Source of the DNA: Pirellulales bacterium
Lineage (GTDB): Bacteria; Planctomycetota; Planctomycetia; Pirellulales; JAEUIK01
NCBI GenBank assembly: GCA_019745975.1
Contig: JAIESQ010000030.1
Span: 2,513-66,512 of the forward strand
DNA: 64,000 nt
Direction: 5' to 3'
This document shows, one piece after another, positions 1 to 9,894 of this stretch; position 1 is the first letter of the stretch, and every line of letters begins with the position of its first letter. Below the pieces are notes generated by a model. The model worked only from the letters and a program-made list of their open reading frames with translations, made no database searches and had not been told where the DNA came from. The position numbers were made by a program, and so were the translations under genes.

Positions 1-82
1 CCAGCTAGCACCGACCCGCATCAGGCTGCGGTGCTTCGAGCCGGGCCCCGGTTTGGCCCGCGAATCTTACGGAACGACGATC

Positions 83-334
83 ATGGCACATAAGAAGGGT
101 CAAGGCTCCAGCCGCAACGGTCGCGATTCGAACCCGCAGCGGCGCGGCGTGAAGCGATTTGCCGGCGAGCAGGTCTCCGCCGGCCACATTCTGGTCCGCC
201 AGGTCGGCAACAAGTTCCACGCCGGCAAGGGAGTTGGCCAGGGAAACGATTTCACGCTTTTCGCGCTGGTCGATGGGGTCGTGGCCTTCGATCGTGGCGG
301 CCGTCGGATCAGCGTCGTCGCTGCCGCCGGCTGA
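83..334 (+). CDS. rpmA: 50S ribosomal protein L27
   Basis: [17 protein letters not shown]-terminus diagnostic of L27; ATG at 83 chosen inside track ORF 53..334. Confidence 0.97.
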   Translation: MAHKKGQGSSRNGRDSNPQRRGVKRFAGEQVSAGHILVRQVGNKFHAGKGVGQGNDFTLFALVDGVVAFDRGGRRISVVAAAG

Positions 335-418
335 CATCGCGGCTGGTTGCTTGCATTTGCGCGCCGCGCATGAGCCTATCCCCACGTCGCCGCCGGGCGG
401 GACTTGCATAGGCTCCGC

Positions 419-1423
419 ATGTTTGTCGATCGGGTGCAAATCTTCGTCGAAGGTGGCGGCGGCGGCGCCGGCTGCGTCAGCTTCCGCCGCGAGAAATACG
501 TACCGCGCGGCGGGCCCGACGGCGGCAATGGTGGTCATGGCGGCAGCGTGATTATTGTCGCCGAAGAAGGGGTCGACAGTCTGGCCGGCCTCTCACAACG
601 CAAGCATTGGCGCGCCGAGCCGGGGCGCCCGGGTCAAAGCGGCAACAGCCACGGCCGTGGCGCCGAGGATCTCGTGATCCGCGTACCGCCTGGGACCACG
701 GTCATCGACGCCGACGGGAAGTTCATCCTCAAAGACCTCGTCCGCGCCGGCGAACAGGTGGTCGCCGCCCACGGCGGCCGCGGCGGGTTTGGCAACACGC
801 ACTACAAGTCATCGACCAATCGGGCACCGCGTCAGTCGACTCCTGGCGAGGATGGCGAACGTCGCAATCTGATCCTTGAGCTCAAGGCGATCGCCGATGT
901 CGGCCTCGTCGGCAAGCCGAACGCCGGCAAGAGCACCCTGTTGAGCCGGCTGTCGCGGGCGCGCCCCGAGATTGCCGACTATCCGTTCACTACCAAGTTT
1001 CCTAACCTTGGCCGCGTGGCCATCGACGCTGATCGCTCATTCGTGCTGGCCGACATTCCCGGGCTGATCGAGGGAGCTTCCGAAGGTTATGGTCTGGGGC
1101 ACGAGTTTCTGCGGCACATCGAGCGGGCCGGCATTCTCGTGCATCTCGTCGAACCGTCGCCCACGGACGGCAGCGACCCGATCGAAAACTACTCGGCCAT
1201 CCGCCACGAGCTCGAAGCCTATAACCAGCAATTAGTCGTGCGGCCCGAAATCGTCGTGGTTAGCAAGTCGGAGTTGCCCGGTGCTGCGGAGGTCCGCGCC
1301 GAACTGTCGCGACGGCTAGGGCGTGAAGTGCTGGCGATTTCGGCGGTCACCGGCCAGGGACTGAACGATCTGGTGTTCGCCATCGCGCGCGAGCTTGACG
1401 CCGATCAGGCCCACGCGCGATAG
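419..1423 (+). CDS. obgE: GTPase ObgE/CgtA
   Basis: MFVDRV start, Gly-rich Obg fold, ADVGLVGKPNAGKST P-loop, YPFTT, DIPGLIEGAS; follows rpmA as usual. Confidence 0.96.
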   Translation: MFVDRVQIFVEGGGGGAGCVSFRREKYVPRGGPDGGNGGHGGSVIIVAEEGVDSLAGLSQRKHWRAEPGRPGQSGNSHGRGAEDLVIRVPPGTTVIDADGKFILKDLVRAGEQVVAAHGGRGGFGNTHYKSSTNRAPRQSTPGEDGERRNLILELKAIADVGLVGKPNAGKSTLLSRLSRARPEIADYPFTTKFPNLGRVAIDADRSFVLADIPGLIEGASEGYGLGHEFLRHIERAGILVHLVEPSPTDGSDPIENYSAIRHELEAYNQQLVVRPEIVVVSKSELPGAAEVRAELSRRLGREVLAISAVTGQGLNDLVFAIARELDADQAHAR

Positions 1424-1444
1424 TCTGCTTGAGCGATCTCTAGG

Positions 1445-2269
1445 ATGCCATCCACCGCGCCACTCATCGCCGTCGACATTGGCAACAGCCGGATGAAGTT
1501 CGGACTGTTTGTCGACGCCGCCGCACGAGCCAAGTCGACGGCGCAAACCAGCCCCCTCCCTGAGCCGGCGCGCACGCTTTACCTCGCGCAACATGATGGC
1601 GACGTCGAGCAGTTGCACGGCTGGCTCGACGATTTCGCAGTGGCCGACGCCGACTGGTGGATCGCCAGCGTCAACCGGCCGGCCGCCACGCGACTGATCG
1701 ACTGGCTGCGAGACCAGCGCGCTACCCCGCGCACGCGATTGCTCTATTCCGGCGACTTGCCGCTGGCGGTCGAGCTGCCGCGCCCCGACATGGTGGGCAT
1801 CGATCGCTTGTTGGGCGCGGTCGCCGCCAATGCGCTACGCGAGCCATCGCGACCGGCTGCCATCGTTCACCTGGGGAGCGCCATCACCGTCAACTTCGTG
1901 TCGGCCAGCGGCGCGTTCTGTGGCGGCGCGATTCTGCCGGGAATCGCCATGTCGGCCCGCGCGCTGCACGAGTTCACCGATCTGTTGCCGCTAGTCGAGC
2001 TCGAGCAACTGGCCGATCCGCCGTCGGCGCTGGGTACCTCGACGCCCCACGCGATCGAGTCGGGCGTGTTCTGGGGAGCAATCGGTGCCGCCCGCGAGTT
2101 GATTGCGCGCTTGGGGAACGATACGGCGGTCGCGCCGCAGGTGTTCCTGACGGGGGGCGCGGCCGCCAGCGTGGCCAGTTTGCTCGCCCCCGACGCCAGC
2201 TACCTGCCGCACCTGGTTCTCAGTGGTGTGGCGCTGGCGGTTCGACAACTCGACCAGGCACAGAGATGA
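1445..2269 (+). CDS. coaX: Type III pantothenate kinase
   Basis: VDIGNSRMK, GIDRL, GGAILPG and LTGG motifs. Confidence 0.9.
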   Translation: MPSTAPLIAVDIGNSRMKFGLFVDAAARAKSTAQTSPLPEPARTLYLAQHDGDVEQLHGWLDDFAVADADWWIASVNRPAATRLIDWLRDQRATPRTRLLYSGDLPLAVELPRPDMVGIDRLLGAVAANALREPSRPAAIVHLGSAITVNFVSASGAFCGGAILPGIAMSARALHEFTDLLPLVELEQLADPPSALGTSTPHAIESGVFWGAIGAARELIARLGNDTAVAPQVFLTGGAAASVASLLAPDASYLPHLVLSGVALAVRQLDQAQR

Positions 2270-3576
2270 GCGCCGCATTAGACGAACAACCGGCCGTCGA
2301 CGCCATTGCGGCCGTTGACCTAATCGTCGCGTTGCTCACGCCGGCGGGTCGTGGCGCCATCGCCACGCTCGAAATCGCCGGCACGGCGGCGCCAGTCATC
2401 GGCGAGCACTTTGCACCGCTGCGAAGGGCAACCGTCGCAGCTTTGTCGACTACCGACCAAGATGCCGATTTACCCATCGATCGCATCGTCGTTGGCTACT
2501 GGAATTCACAAGCCGGTCGCGAGCAGATCGTCGTCGCCCGGCGGGCGGAAGATCGCTTCGAAGTGCATTGCCACGGTGGGCACGCGGCCGTGGAGGCAAT
2601 CGCCGAAATGCTTTCGCGTTCTGGTGCGCGCCGAGTGAATTGGCGAGATAGGATCGCTCCGCGAGTAGCCGATTCGCTGACAACCGCGGCGCGACGGCTG
2701 CTCGCCGACGCACCGACCCTCCGCACCGCCAACATCTTGCTCGATCAGCATCAGGGGGCGCTGTCGCGTGCCATTGCCGATGTGCGTGCGAGCATCGCCC
2801 TCGACGACATGGACCGCGCCGCGGGTCAGTTGAAGGCTCTCGTCGCAACGGCCAGCGTGGGCTTGCACCTCGTTGAGCCCTGGCGTGTCGTGCTGGCCGG
2901 TCCTCCCAACGCTGGCAAGAGCAGCCTTTGCAATGCGCTCTTGGGTTACGAGCGCTCGATCACCGCCCCCTTGCCTGGCACAACGCGCGATGTCGTCACC
3001 TCGCGAACCGCCATCGCTGGCTGGCTGGTGGAATTCGCCGATACTGCGGGCTTGGCGGATAGTCACGATCCGCTCGAACTAGCGGGCGTCGCGCTGGCGC
3101 GCGAGCAACTGAATTCGGCCGATCTCGTGCTGTGGTTGATTCCGAGCGACGGCCCGAGTGACGCGTTGCTCCTGCCTGCTCGACTCGCGAACCGAGCACT
3201 CGTGGTGCAATCGAAGTGCGACCTTCAAGTGGATTACAACAATCTGCCACCAAGCGCTACGGTTGGCTTGTCAGATTTTGGGTCAGGCTCGGGGGCGACG
3301 TCGGTTGATCAGATTGCAAGCTTCGATCCCGCGTTCATTGCCACCAGTGCCCGTACAGGTGCAGGCCTTGCGGAGTTGTTGGCGGCGATCGCGCGGCGGC
3401 TGGTTCCCTCGCCGCCCGCCTCAGGTGCCGCGGTGATTTTCGCGCCCGGGCAACTAGGCGCGTGTCAGCAGGCGCTCGCGGCCCTGGCTCGCGGCCAAGC
3501 AGCCGAAGCACAAGCCGCGCTAGCAGGGCTGTGCCAGCAGCCGGCGCCTCGGGCCGCTAGCAAGAATCCCACCTAG
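2266..3576 (+). CDS. mnmE: MnmE/TrmE-like tRNA modification GTPase (short form)
   Basis: LTPAGRGAIA N-terminal motif, EVHCHGG, GPPNAGKSSL, PGTTRD, DTAG; ATG at 2266 overlaps the coaX stop (ATGA); the upstream part of track ORF 1657.. is a shadow frame. Confidence 0.75.
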   Translation: MSAALDEQPAVDAIAAVDLIVALLTPAGRGAIATLEIAGTAAPVIGEHFAPLRRATVAALSTTDQDADLPIDRIVVGYWNSQAGREQIVVARRAEDRFEVHCHGGHAAVEAIAEMLSRSGARRVNWRDRIAPRVADSLTTAARRLLADAPTLRTANILLDQHQGALSRAIADVRASIALDDMDRAAGQLKALVATASVGLHLVEPWRVVLAGPPNAGKSSLCNALLGYERSITAPLPGTTRDVVTSRTAIAGWLVEFADTAGLADSHDPLELAGVALAREQLNSADLVLWLIPSDGPSDALLLPARLANRALVVQSKCDLQVDYNNLPPSATVGLSDFGSGSGATSVDQIASFDPAFIATSARTGAGLAELLAAIARRLVPSPPASGAAVIFAPGQLGACQQALAALARGQAAEAQAALAGLCQQPAPRAASKNPT

Positions 3577-3720
3577 GGAGTTTTCGACACCGTCGATATA
3601 CTCCGCCCGCCGAAATGCCGCGCGCCGACCTCATCGGAAGATCGCCGGCGCGCATCTCGGCTGTTTCCAGGCACGACCGGGCGCCGGCCGCTGGCCTGCG
3701 GAGTTCTACGGAGGGAACTC

Positions 3721-5817
3721 GTGATGAGACGCATCGAGGCGATGTTGGTCGTCGCTCCTCGCGACATGCTCGCGCACTTCGGCCGCGCGCGTTGGCGTTG
3801 GGTATTGCTCGCGCTTGCCGCCGCGCTGTCGAGCACATCGAGCACCGCCATCAGCCGTGCCGACGAGCCCGTGCGGATACCTGCTGGCGCGGTGGCCACC
3901 GACGATCCCGACGCCGGCGGTCCCGCCAGCTCGCCTCGCAAGCCGCCTGGTCGCGGGCCGACGTCCAGCGAAACCAGCCTCCGCGTGCGCGGTGAAGGGA
4001 ACACTTCCGACGACGACGCTCCCGCGGTCGCCTCCGACGAAACGTCGTCGGCCAATAAGCGCCCCGACGACCGCGATCCGCGCAGCGCCCCGTTGCCCGC
4101 CGATAAAGAAGACGACAAGCCGATCAAACTCGAGGTTGAGGTCGCGCAATTCAATGGCGCGGCCCCTGGCAAGACCACGCGTGCCGAACTGCTCGGCTCC
4201 TGGGGCGCGCCGCACGAGACCACCAAGGTCGACGGCCAACTGCAACAAATCTATAAGATCGAGCCCTTCGAAGATGTCGTCGTCACCTTTTCGGGGGACA
4301 CGGTCGACAGCATCCTCGTCAACCTGATGCAGCCCTTTAAGGCCGACGAGCTGGCCAACGAACTCGAACTCGGCGACCTGCGAAGTGTGACCGTCTACGA
4401 TGAGCAGGGCGAAGCGCTCGGCCAGGCTTTCCCAGAACGGGGTGTGGTCTTCAGCTATTTGCCGAACGATCCGGAGCACAAGGTCTTTCAAGTGCTGGTC
4501 GAACCGCTGGGTGCCCAGGCGTTTGTGCTGCGGGCGGCGGCTACGCGGCATCGTCGCTACCGCGCCAGCCTGGCCGATCTCGACATGGCCATTTCACTCG
4601 ACGAGCGTTCCGCGGCGGCCCACGCGCTCCGGGCCGGGTTGCTGGCCGACCTGGGCCGACATCCCGAAGCGCTGCGCGCCGCCGAGCAAGCAGTCGCCTG
4701 CGACGCCGAGTCGGTGGAATATCACCTGGTGTACGCGCAACAACTCGAACACACCGGTCAGTTCGACAAGGCCTTGACCGAAATCCAGTCGGCTGAGCAG
4801 CTCGCGAAGGATGATCCCGCCTGGCAGGCCGCAGCTCTCGTGCAACGAGCCGACGTACTGGTCGCTGGGCCGCAGCGCGACGTCAAACAAGCAGTGAAGT
4901 TCTACCAACAGGCGATCGAACTTGCCGAACCGCTGGCCGACGACGAGCGCACCGCCGTCCGCCATCGGGCAGTCGACGTGCTGCTGCGTGCCCATCTCGG
5001 CACGGCGCGATCGATCGCTTGGGGCAATTGGAAAAGCAAGAGCGGCGCCGTCGAAAAATGGCTCGAACGCTCGCGCATCTGGGCCGAGCAAGCGGCCGAG
5101 GATGAAACGGCTCTCGAAGGCCAGGCCGCCTTCGCGATCGCGCGCGAGGCCTTGGCCGCGCTCGTCGGACTGCAAGGCCAGGTCGACCCGCAATCGTGGA
5201 CCGACGCGGCGCTCGAACAGGGGCGCAAGCTGATCGATGCCTCGGCCGATTCCTGGATGCGCCGCCGCTGGGAGTGGGAACTGGGCATGGCGCTCTACGA
5301 CACTCTGCAGGTGCTGCACATGCGGCGCGACTTCGAGCCGGCGCTCGAATACGGCACCTTGGCGGTCGCGTATCTCGAACGCTCCGGCGCAGAACGGCAG
5401 GCGATGCCAGGCCACGCCTATATGATGGGGCGGCTCTACTTCCGTATCGGCTCGATCTACGCCATCCAGCAACAGGACCATCGCAGCGCCATCCCCTGGT
5501 TCAACAAGGCGGTACCGCTCTTGGAAGAGCCGATTCCCGATTCGGCGCTGGCCGATGTCGGTCGCCAGGGCGAAACGTTCGTCAGCATCGCCGTGTCGTA
5601 CTGGCAGGCCAAGCAACGCGACGAAGCCTTGCGGCTGACGAACGAAGGCCTGCGACTCGTTGAGCAAGCGGTCCAGGACGGAATCCTCGACCAGTCGGCG
5701 CTGGCCGTTCCTTACACGAACCTGGCGAACATGCATCGCCAGTTGGGTGATGAAGGCAAAGCGCGCAAGTATCGCGAACTGGCTAGCCGCTTCGAAAAGT
5801 CGACGCGCCGCCAATAA
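3721..5817 (+). CDS. Exported tetratricopeptide-repeat protein
   Basis: Hydrophobic N-terminal segment, low-complexity linker, then repeated TPR-like helices (e.g. ALADLDMAISLDE, ALRAAEQAVACDA). Confidence 0.7.
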   Translation: MMRRIEAMLVVAPRDMLAHFGRARWRWVLLALAAALSSTSSTAISRADEPVRIPAGAVATDDPDAGGPASSPRKPPGRGPTSSETSLRVRGEGNTSDDDAPAVASDETSSANKRPDDRDPRSAPLPADKEDDKPIKLEVEVAQFNGAAPGKTTRAELLGSWGAPHETTKVDGQLQQIYKIEPFEDVVVTFSGDTVDSILVNLMQPFKADELANELELGDLRSVTVYDEQGEALGQAFPERGVVFSYLPNDPEHKVFQVLVEPLGAQAFVLRAAATRHRRYRASLADLDMAISLDERSAAAHALRAGLLADLGRHPEALRAAEQAVACDAESVEYHLVYAQQLEHTGQFDKALTEIQSAEQLAKDDPAWQAAALVQRADVLVAGPQRDVKQAVKFYQQAIELAEPLADDERTAVRHRAVDVLLRAHLGTARSIAWGNWKSKSGAVEKWLERSRIWAEQAAEDETALEGQAAFAIAREALAALVGLQGQVDPQSWTDAALEQGRKLIDASADSWMRRRWEWELGMALYDTLQVLHMRRDFEPALEYGTLAVAYLERSGAERQAMPGHAYMMGRLYFRIGSIYAIQQQDHRSAIPWFNKAVPLLEEPIPDSALADVGRQGETFVSIAVSYWQAKQRDEALRLTNEGLRLVEQAVQDGILDQSALAVPYTNLANMHRQLGDEGKARKYRELASRFEKSTRRQ

Positions 5818-5943
5818 GGTCGCGGCGACGACGCGGTCGCGACGGCTGCCACAGACGAAATTTGCCGAGTGTGCTAAGTTGCTCCTCGGTCCGCGAGCAC
5901 CCAAACGACTGCCTTCTCGAGATTCCGCGAGGTTGCCCTCCTC

Positions 5944-7416
5944 ATGACTCGCGACACGACGGGCCAGGATCACGACGTCCATCCCACGGGATGGACGAAC
6001 CCCATTCCCCCGCGCGCCTACCGCCTGTTGGTTCTGGGCGGCGGCTGTGCCGCGGTGCGAGCGGCGATCGAAGCGGCGCGCCTGACCGGCCCCGTCGCGC
6101 TGGTCGCGGCACGGATCGACGCGGAGCATGGGCTCGACGACGCCACGGCCGCGCGGCTGGATTTCTGGCAATTCGTGCAGTCGGCCGCCGCCGACCTGGC
6201 GCAACCTCCCGTTGGTGCAGCGAGCGCCGCGTTGGCAGTGCGCTTCGCCGAGTGGACCGCCCAGCAGCGCCGCAGCGACCGCCGCGCGGTGCAAGCGCGC
6301 CGCGCCCAACAGCTTGGTGATTTGGGGATCGAAATCCACTTTGGCAGCGCCGTCTTCACCGGGCCCGACACAATCGCTGTCCACGGTCGTGAGTTGAAGT
6401 TCGAGAGGGCGATTGTCGCTCCCGGACCCGCAGTGCCGAGCGACCCAATTCCTGCCGCGGTAGGCGCCGACGCCGGCCCGCTGCTGACGGTCGACGACTG
6501 GAATCGGCTAGAATCGCTCCCCAAGCGTCTGGCCGTTCTTGGTGGCGGACCCGGTGCCTTGGAACTGGCCGACGCCTTTGCGCGGCTCGGTTCCGAAGTG
6601 CATCTGATTAGCGCTCCCGGCGAGTTTATGTCCGGCGAAGAGCCGGGAGCCGTGGATTGCCTGGCACGGGGACTCCAGCGACAGGGCGTGCGCATCCATC
6701 GCGATTGCGCGCTGCGCGACGTCGAGCAACTGGCCAACGCGCGGCTGGTGACGATCGAACACCGCCACGAGTTGCGAAAACTCCTGGCCGATGAATTGCT
6801 CGTGCTCGGCCAGCAGCGGCAGTGGACCGCTCCCGGTGGCTTGGCTGCCGCCCGCCTGACGCTTCGCGACGCTGGCCTCGTAGTCGACGACCGGCTGCGA
6901 ACCTCCAACGCGCGCATCTATGCCGCGGGAGTCTGTTGCGCCACGCCGCGTCCGTTGGCAGATGCCGAGGCCTATGGCCGCCTCGCCGTGCGCAATGCGC
7001 TGCTTTCCGGCGGAGAACATTACTCGGCGGTCGTCGCGCCGCGCATCGTCAGGGCGTCGCCGCAACTGGTGCAAGTCGGTTGCACCACGCTCGAAGCGCG
7101 CGAGCTGGGGATGGAACTCGACACTTATCGCTGCGCGCTGCCAGGGCACTTCGAACACTTCGCCCTCATTCACACCCGGCATGGCACGGGGCGGCTGCTC
7201 GGCGCCACGCTCGTCGCGCCCGACGCCGCCGCACTGGCCCCCTTGCTCACGCTGCTGGTCAAGGAGCAGCTCTCGCTCGAGACGCTCGCCGAGCTCACGA
7301 CCGGGCACCTGGCCGGATTCGAGGCGCTGCGCTCGATCGCCCAGCAATACGCACGCCGTGGCTCACTGGCTGCCGATCGACCTAGCGCGTCGACCGAGCT
7401 GGCCGCACGCGTGTAA
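5944..7416 (+). CDS. Pyridine nucleotide-disulfide oxidoreductase family protein (degenerate, mercuric-reductase-like)
   Basis: HPTGWTNP..YRLLVLGGG N-terminus, LAVLGGGPGALELA NAD(P) motif, LRTSNARIYAAG; redox CxxxxC missing. Confidence 0.7.
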   Translation: MTRDTTGQDHDVHPTGWTNPIPPRAYRLLVLGGGCAAVRAAIEAARLTGPVALVAARIDAEHGLDDATAARLDFWQFVQSAAADLAQPPVGAASAALAVRFAEWTAQQRRSDRRAVQARRAQQLGDLGIEIHFGSAVFTGPDTIAVHGRELKFERAIVAPGPAVPSDPIPAAVGADAGPLLTVDDWNRLESLPKRLAVLGGGPGALELADAFARLGSEVHLISAPGEFMSGEEPGAVDCLARGLQRQGVRIHRDCALRDVEQLANARLVTIEHRHELRKLLADELLVLGQQRQWTAPGGLAAARLTLRDAGLVVDDRLRTSNARIYAAGVCCATPRPLADAEAYGRLAVRNALLSGGEHYSAVVAPRIVRASPQLVQVGCTTLEARELGMELDTYRCALPGHFEHFALIHTRHGTGRLLGATLVAPDAAALAPLLTLLVKEQLSLETLAELTTGHLAGFEALRSIAQQYARRGSLAADRPSASTELAARV

Positions 7417-7557
7417 TCTCGCCTTGAGCGAACTGGCTGGCATCGCATCCTCTGGGTTAGGCGCCTTCGCGGGATTCCGCCCTGACGATGATGCGATCCC
7501 CGCGGTAGCGTAGAATTGAGGAACCATCGATCGCCTGACCCCTGGCAACCTGAAACC

Positions 7558-9360
7558 ATGACGTCCGCTCCGCCAGAATTCGCCCAGCTCGAGCTGCTGG
7601 CGGAAGTCGACGCGCTCGTGGCCGACCTGCAGGCCTGGGCAAGTCACGTTCCCGATTGGCCGCCGGCACGCGGCTGTCGTGCTCTCATCGGCCGACTCAA
7701 TGAGCGCGCCGACGCGTTGCGCGTGCGCTTGGAGGCACCGTTGGTGGTCGCCACGCTCGGCGGCACCGGCACCGGAAAGAGCACACTGGTCAACGCGCTC
7801 GTGGGCGCCGAGGTGACCGCCAGCGGACACGAGCGCCCCACGACGCGGCAGCCCGTGCTGATCTGCAAACCAGGCGTGTCGCCGGCGTCGCTGGGCATCG
7901 ATCCGACCGAAGTGCGCGTGGTCGAGCGAGATCTGCCGGCGCTGCGCGATCTGGTGATCATCGACTGCCCCGATCCCGATACTACGGAGGACCCCGAGCA
8001 AAGCGGTACGAACCTGTCGCGGCTGCGAACGCTGTTGCCACATTGCGACGTGTTGCTGGTCACAGCCACGCAGCAAAAATATCGCAGCGCTCGCGTGCTC
8101 GACGAACTGGCGTCGGCCGCCCCCGGGGCGCGATTGGCCTTCGTCGAAACGCACGCCGACGTATCGGACGACGTGCGCGACGACTGGCGCCGCGCGCTGG
8201 AAGACGAATACCAGGTCGGCGAGATGTTCTTTGTTGACTCGCGCGCGGCGCTGGCCGACGCGCAACATGGCCTTGAGCCGCGCGGCGATTTCGCCCGCCT
8301 CGTCGAACTGCTGACGCGCGAGCTGGCAGGCATTGCCGGTCAGCGCATCCGCCGCGCCAATTTTCTCGATCTGGTGGATCATGGGCTCGACACTTGCCGC
8401 CGCCGCTTGGACGCGGCGCTGCCGGCCGTCGAACAGGTCGAAACTGCCCTGGCCGAACAGCGCTCGCGCCTCGCCGCGCAGTTCACACGCGAACTGCGCG
8501 ACGAGCTCTCGACGAGCCGCCGGCTGTGGGAGAATCGCCTGCTGGCCGAAGTCGAGCGTCGCTGGGGCTTCAGCCCTTTCTCTACCGTGTTGCGAATCTA
8601 TCAGAGTCTGGGGAGCGTGCTGGGGAGCGTCGCGCTGATGCGGGCCCGCACGCCCGCGCAAGTCGCTCTTTGGGGTGTCTGGGAAGGGGGCCGCACGTTG
8701 CGGCGCATGCGCGACGAGCGCCGGGCCAACGTCACGCCGCGCCGCGTGGCCGCCAGTTGGAACGACGAACAGGAGCTGCGCACCGCTGCGATTATCATGG
8801 ATGGCTACGTCGTCGAAGCAGGTCTCAAAACGACCGATACACAGCCGGCCCAGCTCGATCAGCAAGCCCAGCAGGCGGCCGAAGCCTTCGCCGCCACGGC
8901 CGCCGCGCAGCTCGACGAAACGATCGCCCGGCAAGCCGCCCGGCACATCGGTCCTGGTGTGCGCGCCTGGTACGAGATCCTGCTGGGGGCGATGCTAGCC
9001 ATGCTGCTTTATCGGTTGGGACGGAACTTCTTCTGGGATTCGTGGCTTGCCGCGAATCCGCGGCCGCTGTTTGGGCTGGAGTTCTTTGTTTCGGCGGCGC
9101 TCTGGCTCGTGTTGTGGTGCACGTTACTCGTCTGGGCCTTCACCATGCGATTGCGCCGCGGGCTGGCCAGCGAAATCGCGCAGTTGACCACGCGCTGCGC
9201 CACGCCGGCCGCCACCAGCGGCGTGTTCGCCGGCATCGAGCAGGAGTGCCGTGCCGTACGCCGCTGCAGCGATCAACTCGATCGGCTGAAACTCGTGGTC
9301 ACCAGCCTGCGCGCCGAAGTCGAGCAGCCGCGCGCTCGACTAGGGCACCGCCTGGTGTGA
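7558..9360 (+). CDS. Dynamin/Era-like P-loop GTPase domain protein with C-terminal transmembrane helices
   Basis: GGTGTGKST P-loop, DCPD G3-like motif, two C-terminal hydrophobic segments. Confidence 0.7.
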   Translation: MTSAPPEFAQLELLAEVDALVADLQAWASHVPDWPPARGCRALIGRLNERADALRVRLEAPLVVATLGGTGTGKSTLVNALVGAEVTASGHERPTTRQPVLICKPGVSPASLGIDPTEVRVVERDLPALRDLVIIDCPDPDTTEDPEQSGTNLSRLRTLLPHCDVLLVTATQQKYRSARVLDELASAAPGARLAFVETHADVSDDVRDDWRRALEDEYQVGEMFFVDSRAALADAQHGLEPRGDFARLVELLTRELAGIAGQRIRRANFLDLVDHGLDTCRRRLDAALPAVEQVETALAEQRSRLAAQFTRELRDELSTSRRLWENRLLAEVERRWGFSPFSTVLRIYQSLGSVLGSVALMRARTPAQVALWGVWEGGRTLRRMRDERRANVTPRRVAASWNDEQELRTAAIIMDGYVVEAGLKTTDTQPAQLDQQAQQAAEAFAATAAAQLDETIARQAARHIGPGVRAWYEILLGAMLAMLLYRLGRNFFWDSWLAANPRPLFGLEFFVSAALWLVLWCTLLVWAFTMRLRRGLASEIAQLTTRCATPAATSGVFAGIEQECRAVRRCSDQLDRLKLVVTSLRAEVEQPRARLGHRLV

Positions 9361-9473
9361 CGCGCCCAGAGGCTGGCCACGCCGACGCGAATCCTGTCGC
9401 CGGGGTCTGTGACGTCTGCGACCCCGGATTTCATGGTGAGACACCGACCTCGGCAGAGCTGGAGCAAGCGGCA

Positions 9474-9752
9474 ATGCCTAATGCCAAAGCATGTGCTTGT
9501 TGCGGCTACATCAACATCTTTTAGGAATGGGATGGCTGTGACGTATGCGACTGGGTTCACGATGCCGTCCAAGAGCGCGACCCAGATTCCCACGTCGGCG
9601 CGAACGGCCTTTCGCTAAGAGCCGCTCAACGGAACTTTGAAGAACTTGGTGCCTCGACGCCCGGTTTCGCACGCTATGCTGGCCCACTTGAGCTGAGAAT
9701 CTCACGATTTCAGCGAGACCCCAATTGGAAGCCCTTACGTGCCGCGCGCTAA
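9474..9752 (+). pseudogene. CPCC-family cysteine-rich protein interrupted by an in-frame TAG
   Basis: Manual translation MPNAKACACCGYINIF*EWDGCDVCDWVHDAVQERDPDSHVGANGLSLRAAQRNFEELGAS...; CxCCGY, CxVCxW and DPD..GAN..SL..A..NF match the CPCC pattern; TAG at 9522-9524. Confidence 0.7.
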
Positions 9753-9894
9753 TTCCAAGGCCGACGATCGCCATGTCACTAGCCTGAGCTTTTTTGCCTC
9801 CTGGCTTCGCACCTGCTACGACTACCGCCAGGCGATCGACGTTCACTACGATCGGGCGTTGCCCGTCGACAGCGGTTGACACGAGGAGACGCGC

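Noticed and set aside
1657-2265. 5' extension of the 639-aa ORF containing mnmE
   Set aside because: Overlaps coaX in another frame with Arg/Ala/Gly-rich nonsense; the real start is ATG 2266
4594-8946. Long minus-strand ORFs (4594..6384, 7363..8946) and similar ones such as 29457..31022 and 32388..33686
   Set aside because: Antisense mirrors of well-supported plus-strand genes; no family motifs
9522-9524. Amber read-through (pyrrolysine or recoding) of the CPCC gene
   Set aside because: No pyl genes or other conserved in-frame TAGs in the window, and TAG ends several normal genes here; a point mutation is simpler
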